NCBI RefSeq assembly: GCF_009914755.1
Contig: NC_060931.1
Strand: one strand, 5' to 3'
From: the human T2T-CHM13v2.0 reference genome, Homo sapiens
DNA length: 64,000 nt
Shown here piece after piece: positions 1 through 15,254 of this stretch; position 1 is the stretch's first letter, and the number at the start of each line of letters is the position of its first letter. The notes beneath the pieces were generated by a model that was not told the origin of the DNA, did not search any database, and was given only the letters and a program-made list of their open reading frames with translations. The translations under genes were made by a program, and so were the position numbers.

Positions 1-64
1 TTACTTAGGTAACAAAGCTACCCATCCTGCACATGTACCCCAGAACCAAAAATGAAATAAGAAA
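1..64 (+). mobile_element. L1 3' terminus (older L1PA/L1PB type), cut by window edge
   Basis: gtaacaaagctacccatcctgcacatgtaccccagaaccaaaaatgaaa resembles the L1 3'UTR end followed by an A-rich tail. Confidence 0.75.
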
Positions 65-1887
65 CTATCAAAGCATGTGCTTTCTAAGCCACTTTTACAT
101 TTTTGTGATTTTTTTGTTTACTTCCTTCTTGTTTGTATTCTCAGGACAGAAGCTCCCATTTATACCTGAGTGTCATTTTAGAATTATAGGTTACATGCCA
201 TTTGTGCTATTTATACTTTTGCTGTATTTCTAAGAAAAGACATGGAAGACTTATTTTTTGTTCTGCAAATAAGTTACAGATATCATTAATAGGCAAGGGA
301 TACATTTTGAGCTATGAGTCCCATTTTGGTGTTTCGAATGTAATACCCAGAACACTGTCATTTATGTGAATGCTGGCATTGCTTTTCCCTGTAGTAGAAT
401 GCTCACCAGGTGAAACTGATTCTTTTGGGGCAGCAAAAATATAGCTCTAAAAAGGTATATCAGCAAAGTACAGTTACAGTGCCAGCAGTTTTCACCCTCT
501 GTGCTAAATACTGATTTTTTTATGCTTTATTTCCATTCCCATAATATGGACATTGATGGGATAGAGCTTACTGTTTTAAAACACTACCAACATAAAGTTT
601 ATAAGCGACATTCTGTAAAATAAGATTTAACAGTGAAATCTACCACATAGCTTAGCAAAATTACTGCATTTATTTAATATAGCAAGAGTTACTATATATG
701 CTAATTCACCATCAAAAGGTAAACCTCAACTCTTTTCAAATTGTATTAACTCTGCTTCAGTTATTCATTCTCATTCTCTTTTTACTTTTGTCAGTTTTGA
801 GAAAGAAAAAGCCTAGAGGTATAATGGAGATAGCTGTGATTAAAAATGAAACCTAAAATATAATTCTAAAAACAAGTTTTCAACAGTATGTGAACACCAT
901 AAAATATTATTTCCCTGAAGTGTGCTTGTCAAAATGTAAACATCAAAATCTAGGTGTTTCTTAAATCTATTTTGGATTTTTACTTCAAGACATCCAAAAT
1001 AATTATTTGTTGTCTTTGGAACTCAAAGAGTAACTTTTATGTTTTTGCTTTTCTACAAAAAGAAGTATTAAGGGAGGATTCGATATTGAACACATTTTCA
1101 TGATACATATTTTTAAAAAGATAAACTAATAAAATTCAATCATTCTTGTATACATAACTGTCATCATAATAAAAAGACAGGTGTAAATTTTAACCTTTTG
1201 CTTCTTTCTGCAAACATATCTTCTGACCAAAATCTGTTTTTCAAGAAAATATACATGAATTGGGCCCATTTTTGTCTTCTATAACTATTCTAACTACTAA
1301 TAGGTGGATTATTTGAGATTCTTTATACTTCCACAAAGAAGTTGCATATGAAAGTTAGTACTACTGATTAACTTGACATCTGGCAATGTCTCCTGTTATT
1401 ACCATTGCAACTTGACTCTAAAACACTCTAGTAACAAAGAATAATATGAAAACTTAAAATAGAATTATAAACTAGAACTTAAAGAAAATACTATTCTAAT
1501 GCCAGAAGAGATTTTTTAAATTTCAATGCCAACCAATTAGATTAAATAAATGGAAGTACCTTTATGCCAGTGAAAATTAAATTTTATACTAGGCAGAAAA
1601 CTTGTCTCACTTCTCTCTACCTTATAAGGTATACTGCATGACTGACTGCTGTTTTGTGCATAAGATTTGTACCCCCCCTCCCATTAGAAACTCTCATCCT
1701 CCATTTCGTCAAAAACTACAATTTTTGGAAAATAATTGGGTAGAGGTGTTTGGGTTGGTAGTGACTCATTTTTGAATCTCAACTGGTGAAATCCTAAGAG
1801 CTATTACCAGAGGGAGTGGAAAAATGGAAAAAACCTTATAGTTGAACATTTCGGAAACAGCACTTAATACATTTAGGGCACTGTGAA

Positions 1888-2125
1888 TGAATAGCATAAT
1901 ATTTAAGAACACTGGTTTAGTTAGGAATCAGAAAGTCCTAGATTTTGATCCTTAATTTTCAAATTGCTATTTATTTGGTCACATTATTTACTCAGTATAT
2001 GCTTCAACTTCTTCCTTTTAAAATTACAATAATTTAATTATTTCTCATATGGTTGTTGATCAGGAGGGGAACACAAAACATTTAGTCCAGCATCAGGTAC
2101 ATTCAGTGCACCATGGATGTTTTAT
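1888..2125 (+). mobile_element. MIR SINE, degraded
   Basis: atagcataatatttaagaacactgg...gcttcaacttcttccttttaaaatt...ctcatatggttgttg follows MIR consensus order. Confidence 0.65.
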
Positions 2126-2469
2126 TTACTTTACTTTTTAGGGGTTGTTATGCTATTGCGATTCAAGTTTCTGTCAGTACTAGAAAGCTTCCCAAACACT
2201 GAAGCATGGGCTATGAGCTGGATGTATTAGATTGTTGGTTATTCAGTTGAACAATCCAAGAAAAGGGTTCTACCAGGAATAAAGTAGACAGATGGCAGAT
2301 ACACAGAATATCCAAGTTAATGCCTGTAGGCAACTCTGGATAGAGGAAAATATTTCCTATTGTGAGGTAACGCTTTTCTAATGGAACCTATAATAATATC
2401 ACCAAATAAAGTAAAGGAAAATTCATACTAGATATGTAGATCTCTGATAATCTATTGAAAGATCAAGGG

Positions 2470-2770
2470 GGAAAGAAAAAAGAATGGCATCTAAGATTAT
2501 GAGGATACATTGCCTCTCAAAACAGCAGCTAAAAACCATCAGAATAAAAGGAGTCAAAACTGAAAAAATAAAAAGATGAAAAAAACTGAATGAGATGAAA
2601 AAAGGCAATGACAAGATAAGAAAATATAAAAATAAAATAGCAAAATACAAATCCATGAAGGACAGCTGACACCAAGAAAAATTACAACTGTGATATGAAG
2701 AAAAATATCATGGAAATTCCTCTGAAAACAAAAAAATGAAAAAAATAAAAGTAATGAGGGAGGAGATTAC
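2470..2770 (+). mobile_element. Probable ancient L1M/HAL1 ORF1 fragment
   Basis: Strongly A-rich stretch with coiled-coil-like K/E codon content typical of old L1 ORF1; no diagnostic motif. Confidence 0.35.
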
Positions 2771-2879
2771 AAATTCTATTATTTTGTGCTTTCTTCAAAT
2801 ATATATATTGAATTCTATTTCAGAAATGAAAACACATCTTTAAACAAAGTTATCACAAACAACCTCTGCTTCTTAGGTG

Positions 2880-3710
2880 CTTATATTAAGGTAGGGAGAG
2901 AGAAAATAAATGATACATTGTTAACTATACATAAATAATAACTCTTACAGTATATAAAAAGATATTTTCAAAGATGATGTTTGAGCAAATATTATGTGAC
3001 CTCTGTAAGAGAGTTATCATGTGACTATCTGAGAGAAGAACTTTCCAAACATAGGGAACAACCAATACAAAGCTTTGAGATGAGAGCTCTTGGAATGTTT
3101 AAAGAAAAGCACTAGGACTACAACCAGTTGGAAAGAAGACAGGAAAGAGTTAAATAAATATAGCTGTTGTAAATCATTAAAGCTTATTGCAGGATTTTGG
3201 CTTTCATTTGAAAGATTTAGAGGAATGAAATGAAAGGCATCTGCCTGCTGTGTTCAAAATACAATACAGGGTCAAGGATACAGGAGGTAAGAATGAAAGC
3301 AATATTACGGTAAGAAATGTTGTTGTTTGGACCAGAGCAGTAGGAGAAGGAAAGAGTTTGAATCTGGAAAGAGTTTGAAGTTAGAGTCAGCATAATGTCT
3401 TGACAAGCTGTAAAGGGATCTGAGAAAGTGGAATTGAGCTGCCATTCAACTGAGATGGAAAAGGTCGTGAGTGAAGTAGTTTGGAGGAGAAGGTAAGAAG
3501 CTCAGTGTTGGCCACATGGAGTTTGTGATTACTTTCAGACATTCTAGGAGGGCTGGGGAGTTGGATACTCAAGTCTGTAGTTTATATCTAGACCGTAGAC
3601 ATACATTTGTGCATTATGGGTAAATAGGCAATTATTAAAAGCTCTGAGGCTGGCTGGCATCATGGGAATGTGAATGTAGCTCAAAATAAAGAAATTGGGG
3701 AGCAAAGATG
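2880..3710 (-). mobile_element. L2 LINE fragment
   Basis: gagctgccattcaactgagatggaaaag...gaagctcagtgttggccacatggagtttg matches antisense L2 3' region. Confidence 0.7.
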
Positions 3711-3729
3711 ACTGATAAAGAGTGATGAA

Positions 3730-4764
3730 TTTTGAGTTGGTAGTTTAATTTTTTTCCCCAGCACTGTAAAGTTGTTCTCCAGTCTTATGGTTGCCATTGT
3801 GTGTAACGTGATATCAGTGGTAATTTATATTATTTGCATAATTGTTCACTGCACACAGTGTGTTATTTTTCTCTGGTTGTTTTCAATATTTTAAGTACTT
3901 TTTTTAAAATTTTCATTTCCATTGTTCAACTATCATGTGCTTAGGTGTTATTCCATTTTTATTTTATTATTTTATTTTATTATTAATATTTTATTATTAA
4001 TTAGTATTTATTATTAGTATTAGTATCAATTAGTATTTTATTATTAATACTTTTTGATATTCACTTATTTTTTGAATTGATAATTTTATGTCTTTTACCA
4101 CTTTTTGGAAAATTTTGCCATTAAATGTCAGACATTTCATTACCTCGCCTCTCAATTTTAAGAATCCAATAATATATGTGCTTGAATGTTTGAATATTTG
4201 ATATTATCTCTCATGCCCAGAACACATCATTTTTTTCATCTTTTAAAAATCTCTATTCTTCAGATTAAATGATTTCTATTCATTTAATTTCAAATTTAAC
4301 AACTTTTTTCTCTATAATCTCCATTCTTCCATTAAACTGACTTGGTGAATTTTTGTTTCAAATACTGTATTCCATTCATTTAAAAAATTTTATTAAAGAG
4401 TTTATACATCTATGCTAAGATTTTCTATCTTTTTATTTATTTGAGTATATTATTCTTAACATCCTTGAGCATAGTTATAATAGCAAACATAAAACTCTTG
4501 TTTACTATTCTGATATGTATATTATCCTAGATCAATCTATGCTAATTTTTTCTCTCTTAAAATGGGTCATATTTTATTCTTTTTTGTATGTTAAATAAGT
4601 TTGGAATCTATTCTAGACATTTTGAATGATATGTTATATAAAGTCTGAATTCTATAATGTTCCTCTAAAAATCAGCTACTTAAATTAACATGCAATTGAT
4701 CTGGCTGAAATAAAATTGTTAGAACTTTGTCTTCAGTGTCTGGTAGGCCAAATTTCAAATCAGT
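3730..4764 (-). mobile_element. Old L1M ORF1/5' region, left part (probably continues at 14344-14720)
   Basis: T-rich antisense L1 ORF1-like text; AT low-complexity patch at ~3955-4055. Confidence 0.6.
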
Positions 4765-4796
4765 AATTTTTATTTTTACCAATTTACACTATTCAT

Positions 4797-4898
4797 CATT
4801 CAGTCACCTCCCAGCAGGCCTCTCCTCCAACACTGGGATTTACAGTTCGAGGTGAGATCTAGGCAGGGACACAAATCCCACAAATCCAAACCATATCA
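4797..4898 (-). mobile_element. MST/THE1-type MaLR LTR, only the 5' ~100 bp left
   Basis: cagtcacctcccagcaggcc...ggcagggacacaaatcc...aaaccatatca is the reverse complement of an LTR start tgatatggtttgg. Confidence 0.8.
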
Positions 4899-5518
4899 CC
4901 CAGTAATGGGATTGCTGAGTTGAAGGGTAGTTCTGCTTTAAGTGTGAGAAATATTCAAACTGCTTTCACAGTGGCTGAACTAATTTACATTCTCATCCCC
5001 AGTGTATAATTGTTCCCAGATGCCTTGCCAGCATCTGTAATTTTTCAAATTAATAATAGCCATTTTAACTGGTGGGAAGTGGTATGTCATTGTAGTACTG
5101 ATTTGCATTACTCTAATGATGAGTAATGTTGAGCATTTTTTCATGTTTGTTGGCCACTTGGATGTCTTCTCTTGAGAAGTTTCTGTTCACATCATTTGTC
5201 CACTTTTTAAGGGAGTTGTTTGCTTTTTGCTTGTTTAAATGCATAAAATCATTTTAGATGCTGGATATTAGGCTTTTGTTGATGCACAGAATGTAAATAT
5301 TTCCTCCCATTCTCTAGGTTGCCTGTTTACTCTGTTGATAATTTCTTTTGCTGTGCAGAGACACTTTATTTTAATTAGTGCCTACTTGTCAATTTTTGTT
5401 TTTGTTGCAATTGCTCTTGAGGGCTTACTACTAAATTCTTTGCCAATGCCAATGTTGGGAAGGATATTTCCTAAGTTTTCTTATAGGATTTTTATGGTTT
5501 TACATTTTATATTTAATC

Positions 5519-6895
5519 GGACACAAAGACCAACGGAACAGAATAGAGAATGCAGAAATAGAGCTGCACATATAGAGCCATTTGGTCTTCAACGAAGTTA
5601 AGAAATTAATAAAAGGACAAGAACTCTCTATTTAATAAATGGTGCTGGATATATGACTAGCAATATGCAAAAGAGTGAAACTAGACCCCTACATTTCAAC
5701 ATATATAAAAATTAACTCAAGATGGATTAGAGAATTAAATGTAAGACCTCACACTATAAGAATCCTAGAAGAAAACCTGAGAAACATCATTCTGGACTTT
5801 GGCTTGGGAAAGAATTTAAGACTAAGTCCTCAAAAGCAATTGCAACAAAAACAAAAATTGACAAATGGGAACTAGTTAAACTAAATAGCTTATGCACAGC
5901 AAAAGAAACTATCAACAGAGTAATTAGGTAACATACAGAATGAAAGAAAATATTCATAAACTATGCATCTGGCAAGGTCTAATATCAAACATCTATAAGG
6001 AGCTTAAATAAGTGAACAAGCAAAATGCAAATAACACCATTAAAAAGTGGTCAAAAGACATGAGCAAACAGTCCCAAAAGAAGACATCCAAACGGCCTAG
6101 AAACATAGGAAAAAATGCTCAACATCACTAATCATCAGAGAAATGCAAAGTAAAACCACAATGATACATCATCTTACACCAGTCAGAATGGCTATTATTA
6201 AAAAGTCAAAAAATGACAGATGCTGGCAAGACTATGGAGAAAAGGAACACTTTTACACTGTGGGTGGGAATGTAAATTAGTTCAGCCACTGTGAAAGCAG
6301 TTTGGAGATTTCTATAAGAACTTAAAGCAAAACTACCATTTGACCCAGCAATCCCATTACTAGGTATATATCTAAAGGGAAATAAATCATTCCACAAAAA
6401 AAAAACAAAAAACAACATATTCACTTGTATGTTCATTGCAGCACTATTCACAATAGTAAATATATAGAATCAACTTAGGTGTCTGTCTAAGGTGTATTGG
6501 ATCAAGAAAATGTGATACATATTCACTATGTAATACTACACAGACATAAAAAAATGAAATCATGTTATTTGCAGAAACATGAATGCAGCTTAGGTCATTA
6601 TCCTAAGTGAATTAATGCAGGAACAGAAAACCAAATACCACATGTTCTCACTAATAACTGAGAGCTAAACATTGGGTACACATGAACATAAAGATGGCAA
6701 CAATAGAAAATGGAGAATACTAGAGGGGAAAGGGAGTGGGTGAGGGTTGAAAAATGTCCTATTGTTTACTATGCTTCGGGGGCTAGGTAATTGTATCAAT
6801 CATATTCCAAACCTCAACGTCAACAATATACTCAGGTAATAAATCTGCACATGTATCCCCTGAATCTAAAATGAAAGTTAAAATTTTTTTTTAAA
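5519..6895 (+). mobile_element. 5'-truncated L1 (L1PA15/16-like) nested in opposite orientation
   Basis: ORF2 C-terminal text (KLDPYISTYIKINSRWI), 3'UTR ending ctgcacatgtatcccctgaatctaaaatgaaagtt; host L1 resumes at ~6897. Confidence 0.9.
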
Positions 6896-7693
6896 GTTTA
6901 ACATTGAAGTCTTTCATTCATCTTGAGCTAGTTTGTTGTATATGATGAAAGATAGGGGTACAGTTTTGTTCTTCTGCATATGGTTAGCCAGTTTTCCCAG
7001 CACTATTTTTGAATAGGTAGTCCTTTCCCTACTGATGATTTTTGTCAACTTTGTTGAAGATCAGATGGTTGTAGGCATGTGGTTTTATGTCTGGGTTCTC
7101 TATTCTGTTTCTTTGGACAATGTATCTGTTTTTGCATCAGTATCATGCTGTTTTGGTTAGTGTAACCCTGTAGTATAGTTTGAAGTTGGGTAATGTGATC
7201 CCTCCGGCTTTGTTTGTTTGATAAGGATTGCTATTTGGGGTATTTTTTGGTTCCATATGAACTTTAGAATTTTTTTTTCTATTTCTGTGAAAAAAATGGT
7301 AGTAGTTTGAGAGGAATAGCACTGAATTCATAGATTGCTTTGGGCAGTATGGCCATTTTAATAATGTTGATTATTCCAATCCATGAACATGGAAGATTTT
7401 TCCATTTGTTTCTGTCATCTATGACTTCTTTCAGCAGTGTTTTGGAATTCTTCTTGTAGAGATATGTCACTTCTTTTGTTAGATGTATTCTTAGGTATTT
7501 TACTTTGTGCGGCTATTTTAAGTGGAACATGTTCTTAATTTGGTTCTCGGCTTGAACGTTATTGATGTATAGGAATGCTACCAAGTTTTGTACATTGATT
7601 TTGTACCCTGAAATATTACTGAAGTTATTTATCGGTTCTAGGAGCTTTTTGGTGTAGTCTTGAAGGTTTTCTAGGTATAAAATCACACGATAT

Positions 7694-8026
<333 letters not shown>

Positions 8027-11000
8027 TTAGCAAAGAAAGATAATTTGACTATTTCTTTTCCTATTTGGATGCATTTTATTATTGTCTTTCTCTGGCTAGC
8101 ACTTCCAGTACTATATTGAATAGGAGTTGTGAGAGTGTGCATCCTTGCCTTGTTTCAGTTATCAAGGGGAATGCTTCCAGCTTTTCCTTTTTGGTATGAT
8201 GTTGTCTGTGGGTTTGTCATAGATGGCTCTTATGATTTTGAGGTCTGTTTTTTCAACACCTAATTTGTAGAGTTTTTATCATGCAGAGATACTGAATTGT
8301 ATTGAAAGCTTATTTTTTATTCTATTGAGTGATCATATGGTTTTTGTTTTTAATTCTGTTTATGTGGTAGATAACATTTATTGATTTGTGTATGTTGGAA
8401 CAACCCTGTGTGCCAGGAATAAAGCATACTTGACTGTGGTGAATTCACTTCTTGATGTGCTGCTGAGTTTGGTTTGCTAGTATTTTGCAGAAAAATTTTA
8501 CATCTGTATTCATCAGGGATATTGATCTATAGTTCTATTTTCTGTTGTGTCTTCCAGATTTTGGTAACAGAATGATGTTGCTTTCATAGAATGAGTTAGG
8601 GAGGAGTACTGCATCCTCAATTTTTGGTAATAGTTTCAGGAGAATTGGTACCAGCTCTCATTTATAATTCTGGAAAAAGTTGGCTATGACTCTGTCTGGT
8701 CTAGGTCTCCGTTTTGTTGTTAGGTATTTTATTACTTACTCAATTCTGGAATTCAATATTGGTCTGTTCAGGGTTTCAATTTCTTTCTGATTCAGTGTTG
8801 GTAGAGTATGTGTTTTCAGAAATTTATCCATTTTCTCTCGATTTTCTAGTTTGTGTGCACAGAAGTGTTCATAATAGTCTCTGAGGATATTTTGTATTTC
8901 TCTTGGATCAGTTGTAATGCCATCTTTGTCATTTTTTATTGTGTTTATTTGGATCTTCTCTCCTTTTCAATTAGTCTAGCTAATGGTCTGTTGATCTTGT
9001 TTATCCTTTCAAAGAACCAGATTTTGCTTTTGTTTATCTTTTGTATGGGTGTATGTGTCTCAATTTCATTCAGTTCTGCCCTGTTTTAGATATTTTTTTC
9101 TTCTGCTAGTTATGGGATGAGTTTGCTCTTGTGTTTTAGTTTCTCTAGGTGTTATGTCACATTATTAATTTGAGATCTTTTAAACTTTTTGATGTAGGTT
9201 TCCAGCCTAATAAACCTTCCTCCTAACACTTGCCCAATGTACATACTGCTTTTCCTGCATCCCAGAGATTTTGGTATGTTGTGTCTCTGCTTTAATTTAT
9301 TTCAAATTTTTTTTTTTTAATTTCTGCCTTACTTTCATTGTTTACTTGAGACTCGTTCCGGAGCAAGTTGTTTAACTTCCATGCAATTGTATGGTTTTGA
9401 GAGCTATCCTGGTTATTGATTTGTATTTTATTCCACTGTGTTCTGAAAGCATGGTTGGTATGATTTTGATATTTTAAAATTTATTGAGATTTGCTTTATG
9501 GCCAAATATGTGGTTGATCTTGGAGTATGATCCATGTGCAGATGAGAAGAATGTATAATCTGTGGTTGATGAATGGAATGCCCTATAGATATCTATAAGG
9601 TCCAATCAGTCAAGCATTAAGTTTACGACCAGAATTTCTTTGTTAGTTTTCTGCTTTGATGATCTATCTAACACTGTCTGTGGGGTGTTGAAGACTCCTA
9701 CTCTTATTGTGTGGTAGTCTAAGTCTTTTCATAGGTGTAGAAATGCTTGTTTTATTAATCTAGTACTTCAATGTTGGGTGCGTGTATATTCAAGATAGAT
9801 ACAACTTCTTGTTGAGTTGAACCATTTATCATTATGTAATGTCATTGTTTGTTCTTATCCCTGTTGTTGTAAAGTCTGTTTTATCTGACCCCTACTCTTT
9901 TTAGTTTCCTGTTTGCATGATAGATCTTTCTCCAACCTTTTACTTTGAGCTTATGAGTGTCATTACATGTCAGATTGATCTCTTGAAGACAGAGATGGGT
10001 GGGGTTTGTTTTTGTACCCAATTTGCACTCTGTGCCTTTTAAGTGGGGGTATTTAGACCATTTACATTCAGGGTTAATATTGATATATAAAGTTTTAATC
10101 CTATCATGAAGTTATTAGCTGATTATTTTGCATTTTTTATCATGTAATTGTTTTATAGGATCTGTGGGCCATGCACCTAAGTGAGATTTTGTGGTAGCAG
10201 GTATTCTTCTTTCATTTCTGCGTTTAGCACTCCCTGAGGATTTCTTGTAATGCCAATCAAGTGGTAATGAATTCCCTTAGTGATTTCTTCTCTGAAAAAA
10301 CATTTTCTCTTCTTTGTTTAGAATCTTAGTTTCTTGGGATATGAATTTTTTGCTAAAATTTCTTTTCTTTAAGAATGCTGAAAATAGACCTCCAATCTCT
10401 TCCTGCTTATAAGGTTTCTGCTGAAAAGTCGCCTGTTAGCCTGATGGGATTCCCTTTGTACATTATCTGATGTTTCACTCTAGCTGCTTTTAATATATGT
10501 TTTATTAATCGTTGACTTTGGACAGTCTGGTGACTATATGCCTTGGTGATGTTCATTTTGTATAGTATCTCGCAGACATTCTCTGGATTTCTTGTTTCTG
10601 AATGTCTATCTCTCTAGCAAGATTAGGACAATTTTCTCAAATTATTCTTCTAATAAGTTTTTCCATGCTGTTTACTTTTTCTTTTTCTCTCTCAGGAATG
10701 CCAATAATTCATAGGTTTGGTTGCTTTATGTAATTCCATATTTCTTGGATACATTGTTCATTTTTTAATTTTTTTTTTAGTTTTGTCTGACTTGGTTAGT
10801 TCAGAAGACTTGTCTTCAAGCGTTGAATTTCTTTTTTCTGCTTGGTCTAGTCTATTGATAAAGCTTTCAGTTGTATTTTCACAGTCTTTAATGAGATTTT
10901 CAAATCCAATAGCTTGGATTGATTTCTTTTTAAGATGTTTATCTCTTCTTTCACTTCCTGGATTGCTTTATAAGTTTCTTTGTGTTGATTTTGAAATATG

Positions 11001-13245
11001 TCTGGGATCTCATTTAGCTTGTTTCAAATCTGTATTTTGAATTCCTCACCTGTCATTTCTGAGTTTCCATTTTGTTTAGGAACCATTGCTGGAGAGCACG
11101 TGTAATCTTCTGGTGGTGTCACAACACTCAGATTTTTCATGGTGCTGACATTCTTATGCTGGTTCCTTCTCATCTGGAGATGCTGGCACTTTTAATTAAT
11201 GTAATTCTTTTCTTGTAGATACAATTTTTTTTCTTTTCCTATATATATATATTTTTTTTTCATTCTCTTTCCCCTCCTGCCTAAAGGATGCAGCTGTAGA
11301 GTATGTTGGGTAAGGTCTTTTGGCTTTGCTTATAGAGTCTTATGCACTTCTGCCAGTAGATTTTATATTGGGATGTACAGTTTGACCTACAGGCCAGTTG
11401 CGGGTACTTACATGCGGGAGCCCGCTATAGAAAGAGCACGGGGGTATATACTTGATCTTTGTTTACTGTGTGGTGCTCTATGTTGTTTCAGGTGAAAGGC
11501 TGAACAGTAGAGTCCTGGTGTCCTGAGATTCCTGTTTTGTGGGGGTGCCAGAAACATAGCTAGGCAGAACTAGAGCCCCTGGCTTGCCTATGCATACCTC
11601 AATGGCAAGTGCAGGCACCAACCCTGACAAGTGTGGCTGGATCTCCTGATGAAGTGTTCTGAGTTCTCTGTGGTGGGGTGAGGGGGCTGCACTAGCTTTT
11701 TACCCTATATAGGCAGGAACTTAATCTTTTGTCTTCCAGTCACACCCCTATTCCTGCGCTCATGGCTGCTAACTGCTAGCTCAGCTGTTCACTATAGTAT
11801 ATCTCTGGACCACAACATGATTGAAAGCCATGAGAAACATCTGTTTTATGATTCTGTGGGCATCGTTTCAGAGCATAACCTCATCACTCAACCTGATACA
11901 GATAGCTTTTTTAGCTCACCTATTCTCCAATATGGCAGTAGTATACTGTTGGTTCCTGTAAAAGGATGTGTCACCTTTGGACCCATGCAAGTGGGTGCTA
12001 GTTTTGGTGGTGTCAGCTGGTTTTGTCAGCCTGACCTCAGGCCCTGAGGCAGTGGTCTCGTGCCAGCAGAGTTGAAATGGGGTAGGTAGTTCCCAGGCCC
12101 CTAGGTGGACTGCTGGACAGCATATATGAGTCCTGAAGGGGCTGGGCCAGGATTGGGTAAGCCCAGATTCAGGTGCTGGCTGTGATGGGGAGGGGTGGGA
12201 TGGTCATTGGGTCACTGGCTGAACCCTCAGGCAGGGTCAGACAGAATACTTAGATGCCGGGAGCCTCAGGGATTATCATAGGCCTGTGGGGGTGTAATTT
12301 TCAGAAAGGTGCTGGGCCACAGGTGAACTGTTCAGGTTGGAGTAGGGCAGCTGTACTGTGGGCTTTTCACTGAGGAGGACAGGATCCCTCAGCTGGGACA
12401 GTGGAGACTGGCAGCTTTGAGACATGTGGTACCTCTCACTTTCTTCCCACTAAAGCAATATTGGGCTTTACTATTAGGGTCATGCGACAGGGCCAAGCCT
12501 GGTCTGTTACCTCTGGGAGTTTTGCCCCAGAGGAATGCAGAGCTATGACAGCTACAATTTTGTATTGGTGGTGGGCTGCTGTGCTGGGAGCTCAAACTGG
12601 TCAGTCCCTCCTGGCAAGGAGCAGTGGGGGTGGGGGGTTGTGCAGTCTGTAGTATGGGCACTTCCCAGAGGAGTGCAGATCTGCAACCACCTGCAGTGTA
12701 CAGGCAGGGGTGGAGTCACTGCACTAGAGCCCAAGCTCGGGAGCCTTGCCTGGTGACAAGCAGTAGAGCAGTCTGGCCACTTCTCAGCATCATGGCTGTG
12801 GCCTCTGTTTGAGCTATGGCAGCTAGTGCTTGACTCTTCAGGGATCCAAGGCCTGTGGGGCTCCAAGTGGGCTTCGGCAGTGCCTCTGCAAAGACTCTAG
12901 GTGACTCTGTGTTGATCTGGAAACTTGAAGGGACTGGAAGGCGTCTCCTGTGCCCAGGATCGCAAAGGTCTGTGACAAAAGTGTGAATTCCCTGAAGATT
13001 CTCATTCACTCACTCTTTCTTCATGACAGGGAGTTTCCCCTGGCTTCACACCATCCCAAGTGGGCAGCTGCTTGGCTTTGTTCCTCTCTGTTCTCTATGG
13101 GTCCTGTCACTCCCTTAGTGAATCCTGACGTGAGCTCTTAACCAATCCACTTGAAATGCCAGTATTTATTTGCCACTTTGTTTACTTCCCAAGAAAGTGG
13201 CACGCAATAGCTGCTTCAAGTCAGCTATCTTGAACCAGAACTAAA

Positions 13246-14343
<1,098 letters not shown>

Positions 14344-14720
14344 GCCAGACATTTTGGTAGAGTCCCTTTCTAAAAAGTTTTACTTCATTCTCCAACTTGT
14401 GTTGCTGGCCCTGGCTTTTCAAGCATAAGACTTCAGGATTTAATCATGTCACAAGAAGCACTCTGAGGCCTGCCCTCAGGATAAAAGGTAGAGGAAACAG
14501 GAAACTTTCCTAATGGCATTTATTTCTTTCAAGTGTTAACTCCTTTCCAATATTGGTTTGCTTTTGTTCATCTTCCATGGCTACTACCTATCTAGTTGGT
14601 TGTTACTGATGTTGACTTTTTTTGTAATTTTTCAACATTTATATTTGTTTTTTGTGAGCGATTAAGTTTTATAGGAGTCATTTGGCCATACTGAAAGCAA
14701 ATGTCCAATTGTTTGCCTTC

Positions 14721-15078
14721 TGTACTAGTCCTTTTTCACACTGCTATAAAGATACTAGCCAAGATAGGGTAATTTATAAAAAGAAAGAGGTTTAATTGAC
14801 TCATAGTTCTGCATTGCTGGGTAGGCCTCAGGAAACTTATAATCATGCTGGAAGGCAAAGAAGAAGACAATACCTTCTTCACAAGGAGGCAGGAAAGAAA
14901 GAAAGCAAAGTGGGAAGAGCCCCTTATAAAACCATCAGATCTTGCAAGAAATCACTATTGTGAGAAAAGCATGGGGAATGCTGTCCCCCATGATCCAATC
15001 ACCTCCTCCCTGCCTCAACAGGTGGGGATTACAGTTCGAGATGAGATTTGGGTAAGGACCCAGAGCCAAATGATATCA
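14721..15078 (-). mobile_element. THE1D-like MaLR solo LTR
   Basis: tgtactagtc...ccaaatgatatca with 5-bp TSD CCTTC (14716-14720 / 15079-15083). Confidence 0.92.
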
Positions 15079-15254
15079 CCTTCTAAATCTTATTTTTAAC
15101 TGTAATGAAAGCATTATTTCCCTGATGAAAGCATGGAGGGCTAAACAGAAATTTTATCAATGACCCAATGTACATTGCATTTTTTATTAATAACACTTGG
15201 TGATAAAAGAGAAAAAATGTTTTGCCTTCCAATAGACTCTGCTCCTCTTTATCC

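Noticed and set aside
1762-1768. AP-1 site TGACTCA in unique DNA
   Set aside because: A single 7-mer is expected by chance in 64 kb
11300-13240. GC-richer, ORF-dense segment resembling a promoter or gene
   Set aside because: It is the 5'UTR of the antisense L1 and is CpG-depleted
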